A stretch of 64,000 nt of DNA from Botryllus schlosseri (taxonomy: Eukaryota): NCBI GenBank assembly GCA_051294905.1, contig CM119371.1, forward strand, positions 5,396,001 to 5,460,000, written 5' to 3'. Each line of letters begins with the position of its first letter. Position 1 is the first letter of the stretch. The notes under the pieces are model-generated. The model ran no database searches. It had not been told where the DNA came from and saw only the letters and a list, made by a program, of their open reading frames with translations. Below are positions 53,945 through 64,000 of the stretch, piece by piece. The translations under genes and the position numbers were made by a program.

Positions 53945-56900
53945 TTCTAGACAGTGCAAACTGCTGGATTTTTTATATGTTTAACTACAACTAGAACTAA
54001 TCAGTTTTAAAACCTCATCTCACACTAGAATCAACAAGCGTTGAAAAACCGCAACGAACTAACCAAAATATAGCCAAGTACTCACTGATAATTTGATTTA
54101 AGAATTACGAATGAGCTAAGAAATATTGGAGATAGAATAGGCATTATAAACAGACAGGGTTTTGGGTTTCAGACGGGAGGGTTTCGACCCTGTAAAACTA
54201 CCCCGGGTTATATCACTGTCTTCTGTTAGTGATGACTCGGAGTTACCTATGTTCACAAGATCACCACACAACAGAACACCAGCGTCATGATGGCATGCAT
54301 TTTCAAGTTGTTCGGCTACTAAATTTCTATTACAATGCACAACTTCAACAAAAACTGCTTACTTTTAAAATGCGTAAATGTACAACTAAAACTAGAACTA
54401 CTCAAAAAATTAGCAGTTACTCTAGTTTGTCATAATTTAATTGGATGGATAGTTTGATGTAAAACTCTATATACTTGTGTAACTTGATGTAAAATTTGTA
54501 TTGGCAGCTGAAGAACCTCTTCCCAAACAATATGGTCGTGAAGTTTGAAGAATTCAGTTGAGCCACCAAGGTCGACTGTGACAACCACACAATGAATATG
54601 TCTCTTAGTGGCACTGCGGCAATCCCAACTATTATTGACCCAGAAGTTCTCGGCAAGAATGGACACAGTTTCGAACTGGACACCTGGTTGCTTGGCTGTG
54701 TTTTGTGAGTATGATGCACCAATAGCACCATTGTTCCGGGATTTTTTATAAAAATAGGTCGCGAGGGTCTTAAATGTAGGTCTGGGCGAAATCGAGTACC
54801 TGACTGATTCTATCCTGATCCGAGTATTCGGCTTCAGGTTGAGTATTTGAGTATCACCTCTTGTGACGGCATAACGTTTTGAAAAATGTGGAAAGTTCAA
54901 ATATGCGACTACAAATAATGTAATGCCATTTCTACACCTCCCTACATAATTTTGTATTTTTTGAACCATACCTATTTAGTTCCACTGTGTGACAGTGCGT
55001 TGCTTGATCACGACTTGATATATATGTCATTTCCACTAACACTGAACCTTTATACTAAATATTTTTTAAGCTGCGATACGACCAATTGAGGTTTACATCT
55101 CCCCACGTTTTAAAATGGGGGCAAAATTATAATAATTCTTGTTGATAAAATTAACTGTTAGTGGCAAGAAGCATATCATTTCAGAACTGGAAATAATCAT
55201 CTCTTACTTCTCGATTCGAATCATTGTGCCAGCACTAGCAACAAAATATGACTTGATAATTTGATGCATGTTTTTCTTTATCGTAGGTATATGCATTGTA
55301 ATCGCTTGAATGCCAGAATGAATTCCGCAAAATAATCACCACCAGCTTTTGATCGTATCAAAAGATATCTCTGACTTTGGGGTTGATATTTTGCCTTTTA
55401 TTCTAATATGTTCTGCAGTATTGGGATGACCGCGTCAACTTGTTCAAGTGTCTTGACTTAACTCGAGTCATATTTAAAATCGAGTAACTTGACTTGCCTC
55501 GAAAACTTGAGTAACTTGACTCGATTCAAAATATGCAATGACTCGATATGACTTGCGACTCTAAGACAGTGAGTCGTTTCCAACACTCACTTACCATGAT
55601 TTTCACAGCTCGTTGTCTATTGACCCATGAGAATGAACTACCGAAGAGCAAGCACTGTCCAGTGAGTGGTTTAAGGCTACATTCCACAACAACTGCCGAC
55701 AACCTGCTTGGCGGACACACCTACAATATCAGAAAGTCAACTGGAGCCAAGTTTTAAAAGTGACATTTTTACAAGTCTTTAATATGGTTATGAATGGACA
55801 AAATCCAGTGCTTGAGTCATGAGTATCATTTCAGTAATAGAGAGAATCATCCCTCACTTGTCGACTGGAATCATTGGAATAAATACTCGATTCAAATTCG
55901 AGTACTTGAACCATTACGACCAGACCTAGTTACGTTGAGAGCACAACCAATATTGGATCTTTGAGCCGAACCAGGGTCATAATGACTTAGTCATGACTCG
56001 ACTCAAGTCATTGCACATGACTCAACGAAGTCATATAACTTATGACAAATCAAACCAGAAAGTGTATTTTATGTTTGAATAAACCAATTGAGAGTAGAGG
56101 TGGTCAAAGTAGTCATCACTGGTACTCAAGTAGAAGTAACGACGTAACTTTACACTCAAGTAAAGCTAAAAGTAGGGATTACCAAGTAGGTTAAACGGTC
56201 GATATTCCAGGCCTAGTTTTGGATTGAGAACTGAAAATTGTGATGGAAAAATGGCATTTGTCTACAATCATTACCACTTGAGTAAGTATTGCAAGTAAAC
56301 GAAACCTACTTGAGTACTTTGACGAAGAAAGAGTACTTCTTTACTGACCATCTCTGGTTAAAAGCGAGATAAATGAATATATTGTGAATCCTAGGAGTTC
56401 GTTTCACTAGAGTAGAGTTAGGAAAAGGAGTTGAACATGACTCGGGTACGGACTCGAGTCCCAAAACTATGACTCGGACTTGACCGTTTGCACGTTGACC
56501 GGGACTTGACTTGTTTGTGAATTGAATATGATTGGAGTCAATACCATGGAAGAAATATTGACTTGTGATTCAGAATCTTGTGACTTGGTTCCAATCCTGT
56601 CCGATACCGACAAGACCGGTAACTAGCACCTTCACCAATAAAGCTGATATTCAAATGATATGGCATCTAGCGTAAGTCGCATGTTCAAAGGTATAGATCA
56701 TTTATTTGAACAGCTTCACAGCTCTTGTTATGTTTGGATATGAAATAATCTGGAAAAGCTGCACCCGAACACTTCTATGCAGGGATGCCTGTTTTACAGC
56801 AGAGTATAGAGTTGCCTTCGACTTTTTTGAGGTCATATAGATGAAAAGCTTACCAATCCAAAGTTTAACCTATAGTATGTTTGCAAAGTAAAAGAAATTT

Positions 56901-59900
56901 TCTACCCCTTATCACAAACATAGTGCTATTATCAAATAGTTGTAGCAGCTTATTGTTTTACATGACAGGTGCCGCTAATGCAGAGACGCAGAAACCTGTT
57001 GGTGACAAGCCAGAGGCGATCTATATATACAGTAATGAATCACCAGACTTCCATATCGCCGAACTGGAGGCTCAACTCTAGAAACTGATCGACACCAATC
57101 AGACATTGAAGTCTGCTATGTATATGGGTGCATATTTATTTTCTTTAAACCACTACTTGACTTTATTCTGAATAGACTTTTTCATTGAAATGTAAGCTAC
57201 TTCTGCAATTCCTAGATTTCATATATTAATATCCTAATCAGGTAATGGCTCAGGCTCAAATCAATTTATGAGTGTCGCGACAGCATAAGAATATCAGAAA
57301 TTCTTCAAGCAAATTCAATTTGTAAAATGATATCGATGTATAGTTGACCGATGTGTCGAAATTCAAATTGGTGCTAATCCTAATTTCAAAAAGTGTTGGT
57401 ACAAATGAAAGCTATTTGGAGTTCCATATATATATATCGAGTTCAACATGTATCAGAGAATGGTGCATAGAATATTCCTGTGTACAAATTTGGCTAAAAT
57501 TCAAAAAGGGTTGTTGAAATCCACAGGGGTTAAGAACTCCGTATGCATATCGAGTCAAGCAGATATCATAGATCCAAATTACAACTCTAGCCAGTATATG
57601 ACATGACCAAAAAATGGTTAGCATTAGCTATATATTGCATTTCTGTAAATCAAAACTGAGTTTTATTCAACAGATGAGGCAGAAGGCCCTGCAGCCTGCT
57701 CCTGTGCATTGGATTGGTGGATGTGACAGATAAAGCTGGATTCGGTAAGGCTATTTTTGTATCGTCACTATGTCTGGATAAAAGGAGCTCACTGACAAAA
57801 AGAGCTTACAATCTATTTCAATAAATACATCGGTGGTCAAAACAGTTCGCAAGACCACTCCAATATAAGTAGCGCCATAAATTTACACTCTATTTCAAGC
57901 AAAAGTTGCAATTTCCAGGACATCTCTATGCTATTTCATGCAGAGATAGAATGTAGTCAAAGTAGTCAGTCGGTAATGCTACTCAATAAAAAGTAACATC
58001 AATCCAAGTACTAGTCAATTACAAGTATAAGTATCGATTCAAAGACAGATCAAAACTCATTCATGTGGAGATAGAAGGTAGAAAAAGTAGTCAGCAATGC
58101 TACTTGAATGGAACTGTCCTAGTAAATTATTTCTATTCAATTACTGCAGTAGCGATTTCAACGACAAATGAAAATTACTTCTCGTGGCATTAAGTGGTAG
58201 TGAAAGTAGTTATATTTGGTATGCTAGCACAAGTAGATGTAACGCCGTAAATTTCAACTCAATTAGATGTAAAAGAAGCGATTGCTGCTTATTGACTTAC
58301 TGTGAGATGGTTTTCCTGAAAATGCTACAGGAGAACTCTAACGTGTGTAACGAACCAAGCTCAATGTACAGACTACTTCTAATTCATTAGGGAACTACCT
58401 AAGATTTTCTAGCTGTCAAACTCTGGTGGTGGCCATCTTGTACAGACCAATACACGCTAACACTCAACGCGAACTGAAAACTAGGAATTGTGTCAATATA
58501 GAACCGCTTCCATATTATATGGTATGATTCTGTCTTGTGTAATATATCTTGGCGTTTCGTTGCTCAAGGATGTATGTAAGTATTTTAATATTGTCCCGAA
58601 TAAAACCGGCCTTGGGATGTCTGTAATAAATTCATTAATTCAAATCCAAATTCAATATTATCATTACTATAGCAGGCCTTCCAATAGCTGCAAAATGATG
58701 TTTTTATTCAAATTTCAGGTTAGCAACTATGTGACAACAGCAAAGACGTACTTTTCAACAGTAGCACGCTAATACTTCTGTAAGCAGACAATGTGCAAGT
58801 GGAATACATTGACAGAGACATGACATAGTCTTACTGCACAGTTCCTGAGCACTCAAACCGAGAAGGAAACCTTGCTCAAATATTTCTGGACCTACATGTG
58901 CGAGCATTCGATCAAGTTTGATGGAATTATTTTATTGTACTTGAATTGAAAATTTATGAAATGGCTTGACTAAAATGTTACCTGACATGAAAATTTATCA
59001 AACAACTTGCTTTGACTCGACTCAAGTCTACATTCGTATGAATTGACTTGAAAAATACATCAAGTGACTAGGATAAAGTCCAAATTTGCGTGACTTGACA
59101 TGAAAAATTTATGAAATGGCTCTACTAAAGTCTAGACTTCTACTCGAGTAGCATCACTGACTACCTCAGCCACAAACATTCGCTTCAAGTAGTTTTTTGT
59201 CTTTGAAATCGTTATTTCGACTTGCAGTTGATTAGAAATTTATGAGGTTACTTCATCTGTAACATCACCGACTGCTTAAGTCACCACCTATTTTCAATTT
59301 TAATTGACTGTAAATTTACGACGTTACTTCTACTTGCATAGCAACACTGACTAATTTGATGACCTCCTCCTACCAAGTTGTAACTCAGTATAGACATGTG
59401 GCATTACTTCTACTTTAACTTTCTGCTTTTACTTGTAGTTGATTTGAAATCTACCATGTCACTTACAATGGGACTTAGTTTGAGCACCTCTGCTTCTGTT
59501 ATCTATTTTTTCATCATCCAGGACCACACCAAAGTGATTCTGTATCCTATGATGCGATCCTGTGATTTACATAGACCGAGAACGTCACTTCGCAACCTAC
59601 AAATTCAAACTGCTACAAAAATACGGATGCAATCTTGCGAAGATTCATGTTTGAAGATGTGAAGATGATTTGTGAAACGATTAATACGACGAGCTGTATA
59701 TTTCTATTCGCAAATTGCATCGTTTTAAGCTTTGCAGCAGACTCTTTCTGAGCCTAAAGTTAACCAATGAATGCATACTATGAATGTATTGTTCTTTGCA
59801 ATATTCTGAGTCAGGACCGCATGAATATTATGTGATTGACTTTGTGTAAAATGACATCGGATCGTTGTGTGTGTATAAATCCAGTGTAGCTTTTACAGGA

Positions 59901-60016
59901 AAACCTTTCTTCTGTAAAGTGAGATAATGCTATTTATCATAATAGATCATGTGTCGGATTGAATATTGCAGTATTCGGTGTCACAGGTAAGGTCAAAAGT
60001 AGTCTGACCTTGCTAC

Positions 60017-60909
60017 CAGTGTTGGGATCAAGTCACTACCTTCGAGTCAGGGGTCATTGGAGATCTTGACTCGAGTCAAGTCAATCGATTTTCGGAAGTG
60101 ACTCGAGTCAAGTCAAGTCACTCGATTTTTGGAGGTGACTCGAGTCAAGTCACAATTCAAGTCAAGTAGTCTTTTTGAATTATGAGGCATGATTACGTCA
60201 TTGCATTTTGCTAGCTGTTTGAAACACAGATTGGGTGGTAATTGATTTTGAACCAATGCGAATATGGAGTTAAATATACACGCAATAAGGCGATGTATCG
60301 CTGACATATACGTAGAACTGCTAAACTACGTAAGTAATTACACAGCCTCAGTTTATAGTTACCAGTGAAAATAGAGAATAGAGAAACGAATTGTTAAGAT
60401 GCAATACATACCATTTACAAATTGATATGATACAATTCAAGCCTACGCTAATGGATGAGAACTGTATTAACTATATTTCATTTCGATAAAACATGACGTT
60501 TGGTTAGGGAAAGAACAGAAATAGACATTAAATTACTATTTACTTACTTTACTGTACTAGTTTACAACAACGTAATCTGGAAAATTCGATCACTTCGCTT
60601 GCGGTCAATTTATTTGTGAGAGAACAATGGAGGTTCAGTAAAGCGCACGGTCACTGGAAGATTGGTCGCTCTCACGGGTTACACCAGTATTTAGCGAACA
60701 ATCCGACCATATGCAAGATACAGGGATTTTTATCGACACCGATTACATGATGACTTGAAATTGACTCGTGAATTTGGCTCCGAGTCACCAGTCAATCCAC
60801 ATTTTTGATACGCCGAGTCAAGTCAAGTCATTTTAGCAAAGTGACTCGAGTCAAGTCATACGAAAAAGGTGACTCGAGTCAAGTCATGACTCGAGTCGTC
60901 CCAACACTG
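60017..60909. mobile_element. hAT-type MITE with GACTCGAGTC subterminal repeats
   Basis: CAGTGTTGGGA / TCCCAACACTG, TSD CTTGCTAC. Confidence 0.88.
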
Positions 60910-61157
60910 CTTGCTACTTGATTTGAAGTGGAATTCAGGAGGTAAATCTTCACTGAATTACGGGTGGAATTAGCGATGTTAAATACATCTTGAAACTTGC
61001 AACGGAGACATATATTGAAAGACCCCAAAAGTGCTGAAGTTTCAAAAACTGAAGATGGTTGATCAGGATCGAAACAGCGACTCAATTTAAAACTACGCTC
61101 TACTTTTCAAAATACAAAGTGTGTCAAGTAAGTAGTGTTACTGTAAAATACATGTGT

Positions 61158-61380
61158 GGTGAGATAGCGCAGTGGTATAATCCACGCCTGCAGCATGAAA
61201 AGGTGCTTGCTCGAATCCGACCGAGGTCGACTTCAGAATTCTAAAGCGTAAGTGGTGTCTTACAAAAAGCCTAGAAGTGGACCGTGCTATAAGTCGGCAG
61301 CTACGGAAAAACCATGAATAACGGCCTGGTGTAAATGACCATAGCTGTTAACAGACATCATGAATAACACAAAAACACAA
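61158..61380 (+). mobile_element. tRNA-derived SINE (or tRNA pseudogene head)
   Basis: A-box TAGCGCAGTGG and B-box-like GCTCGAATCC at tRNA spacing, no clean cloverleaf, AC-rich tail near 61365-61380. Confidence 0.55.
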
Positions 61381-61800
61381 GAGTTGAAGTCATAATAACA
61401 GTGCCACTTGAGTAAATAGCGTGAGTGCTCGCGATGCCTATGCGATGCCAGCAATGAAAAGGTGGAAGTTTGCTAATTCGTTACTGACCAACTATGAAGG
61501 GATGGCAGTTGGATAAAGATTGAGGCAGTCTTCCCCATACACCCATGCTGACTATCACTGTTTCATTGTGCTCGATAACTGCCACGTATATTTCCTGTAT
61601 TTTTTATAACTTTATCGTTGAGTATGAGCGAGAGGTTCATTTCGTACACCTATGTGAGGTCAATCCACGTATACGTATGCGTTGCCAAATTGAACCAAAT
61701 TTGGTGTGTAGGCTTAAATTAGGTAACATAACAATTTTATCAAGTAGCCAGTACGATTTGAGAAAAAAAAGTCATTTGCGAACACCCCTATTATAATCAC

Positions 61801-62400
61801 TAGGGCGGAGTGAAAAAAAGAAAAATTTGGATTTCAAAAAGTGCCTTTGATATTTGATCCCAAATCGAAAATTAATAACTTCTATCATAATTCCAGGTTC
61901 TTACGCACTCTAGTGGCCGAGCAATTTCACCAAACGAGTCGAAAATAGCTAATTTTGCCATATCTTGATAATCGCTTATGCTAGAAAGCCATTACGAGAT
62001 GTTTACACAACAACTTTCAAGGTGGATATGTACAATGGCAGCTCACTACCATGAAGCAAGCAGATAGCCTATAGAAGTGGTCTTTGTAAAAGTTTTCCCA
62101 TTGCACGAATGCAGCCTTTGAATCTCCCTGTCATTGAAGCTGTACCGTCTGATCCCACGACAGCTAGGTTTTTGCAGAGTTCGGCGTCGGAAATAAACTC
62201 ATATGTTGCTTTTGCCAAAACACGACCTTTTCCATTGGAAGGTGACAAGTGAGAGAGGTAATACTCACCTCGTTCTCCTACTAAAACAATATGTTCCTCC
62301 AGCTCTGTTTTCAAAGAGCATTTTCCAGTGGTTGCCTCAACCTGCACGTCAGGATCTGCTGTTATGTACCTATCCATGAACTCTTTAGTTGGGATATTAC
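61801..62400 (-). pseudogene. hAT (hATm-like) transposase remnant with TAGGG terminus
   Basis: EEHIVLVGERGEYYLSH...VVGSDGTASMTGRFKGCIR...QRPLL*AICLLHGSEL: catalytic DG motif and CxxH; TAGGGCGGAG end at 61801. Confidence 0.75.
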
Positions 62401-62999
62401 ACTTCTAATATTTGACTCTTCCAAATCTTAGTTTGGGTCGCGAAAACCACTGCTTATAGATTGTCAGCATTAATCATATGGCCCGACAGCTTCAACGAAT
62501 GTACAACGACAGTTGCCTCTTTCACGTGTATTGATGAGATAAGTAACTTCAATAAAAATCCGTGTAACAAATGTGCACCACGTATGCTTATATATCATGA
62601 TAGCGCGAGACTTGCAGTAAAATACGTTCAATATTCTAAAAAACCTCAGAGACCAGAAAAAGAATGTGGTATCTGCGACATGGCACAGCTATCATTGTAC
62701 CAATGCGTCTCAACGAGGTTAAACAGTGTCCGTTATCATGTCACAAATATTTCCATTTGCAGCCGATTACCCCTTTTTGTCAACTGGTTACTTGTAGGGG
62801 TGGGCACAATGATTCAAGAATTAATTTTAATGATTTGATTTTAGTGGTGAGATATGATTAGATTTTTGCTGTGAAATCTAAGGATCCTCACCACTGAAAG
62901 TTAATTATAAGGGAATTATAGTTTCGTACTATTTTCCGTTGCGAAACACTTTAAACCTCGATTGGTCATATCGAAGCATGGGAAATATGAGGTACGAAG

Positions 63000-64000
63000 T
63001 AGGGATGGTGTGAACGTGAGGTTCACGTTCGCGTTCTGTGTGCGAACCTCGGAAATTTAGAGGTTCGCGTTCACAACAGAACCTTGGTAGGTTCTGCACT
63101 GTGAACCTTTTGGTAAATTGTAATTTTCACTCCATTATAAGATCTTTGGCTCAAATTTATTGCATTTTAACTGCGAGCCACTCCATGCATGGTGCTGGAA
63201 GCATAAAAAATCAACGCTAAACGAGCATGCACCATGCACCTCGACAACCTTAAAAGTTTTAGTTGCTTTGTTGCAAAAATTTTCTCGGAATAACCAGCTT
63301 TCCGTTTGTGAATATTTAGTGACTCTCTGCTGTGAGCTTGACCCACAATCACACAACATCACGAGCGATATACGTAGTCAGCGAATGATGCTTATTCAAC
63401 CAATCAATGACATTGATATCGTCTTCTGATGTAAAAATCGAACGGGCGTACAGGGTCAATCTTGACTTCATATCTTTACTCTATCATTAAAACAAAATCC
63501 GTGCGATTAAGGTGCTTGCTACTGCTTGCATAACTTGTTGTTGTTTGTGGTGTCGGTAGCGAGTATAGAAATTTGAAACCCGTTGTGCACTTTGCTCAAT
63601 ATCAATGTAGCAATACTCAGACTCCGAACACATTGTCCGGTCTGGCTAAACCGTTAAGGCGTAAGCTTATATTCCTTGGTAAGTCCTCGTCGAAATTGTT
63701 GGCAAAGCGACGAAATGTATTGATTTTATGCAATTATTATATCCTTTGATTACCGCGGGTGATACATTTAGCGACGTTTAAAACGCCGATATGTACTTCA
63801 GCATTGTGGCATTATGTGGACCGAGTCTTCGCTAGGTATCATGTACATTAATATAGGCTATCACTTCATTGGAAGATAGGGTTGGAATTAGCAATATGAC
63901 GTCACGTGACGTCACGAGGTTCACGTTCGTGTTCACACAGAACCTTTCAAAAAGGTTCGCGTTCACACGAACCTGAACCTTTCAGAGGTTCACACCATCC
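63000..64000. mobile_element. TAGGG-ended MITE, right end at window edge
   Basis: TAGGGATGGTGTGAAC ... GTTCACACCATCC; GGTTCGCGTTCAC subterminal repeats at both ends. Confidence 0.8.

Larger units (their letters stand above)
39790..59660 (+). pseudogene. PLK1: Polo-like kinase 1 pseudogene, right copy, duplicated exons
   Basis: Exon 1 [16 protein letters not shown]...FACKIVPK ending 39912; exon 2 at 40550-40698, 42961-43111, 50784-50932; exon 3 at 41469-41594, 44589-44712, 48681-48781, 51936-52059; activation-loop exon at 45921-46106, 54508-54704 (PEVLGKNGHSFELDTW); C-lobe at 42257-42438, 49666-49827, 55609-55750; linker at 47565-47708, 56969-57127; DEAEGPA 57674-57744; polo-box 1 at 58719-58916; polo-box 2 from 59522. 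Mostly AG/GT-bounded, with many disruptions. Confidence 0.9.

Noticed and set aside
39790..59660. Functional alternatively spliced PLK gene with mutually exclusive exons
   Set aside because: Single-copy exon 1 has a stop at 39823 and the polo-box exons have stops or frameshifts, so no intact path is visible.
60060..60170. CRISPR-like spaced GACTCGAGTCAAGTC repeats
   Set aside because: Subterminal repeats of a hAT MITE in eukaryotic DNA; no unique spacers or cas genes.
61158..61230. Functional tRNA gene
   Set aside because: A and B boxes present but acceptor and anticodon stems do not pair cleanly; better explained as a SINE head.

Overview
AT-rich animal genomic DNA (spliceosomal introns, repeat-rich; species cannot be named from the sequence). 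Contents in order: (1) 1-4977, a young LTR retroelement with identical LTRs, no visible protease, RT, RNase H or integrase core, a short ORF joined by a candidate -1 frameshift to an integrase C-terminal remnant, and an envelope gene resembling class III viral fusogens (rhabdovirus G-like). (2) A hAT MITE containing a decayed CR1/L2-type LINE. (3) Two divergently oriented polo-like kinase 1 pseudogenes with repeatedly duplicated, scrambled exons, forming a large inverted duplication (about 10.9-25.3 kb on minus, 39.8-59.7 kb on plus). The left copy is interrupted by a recent Penelope-like element with an inverted pLTR and a candidate variant hammerhead ribozyme. (4) Between the arms, a homogeneous array of about 26 C2H2 zinc fingers with one nonsense codon, a 1.64-kb near-palindromic hAT foldback element, and two adjacent TIR elements built from TTAGGG-containing minisatellites. 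(5) Many further MITEs with clear TSDs, a tRNA-derived SINE and a hAT transposase remnant. All homology calls come from motif recognition by eye; no searches were run.
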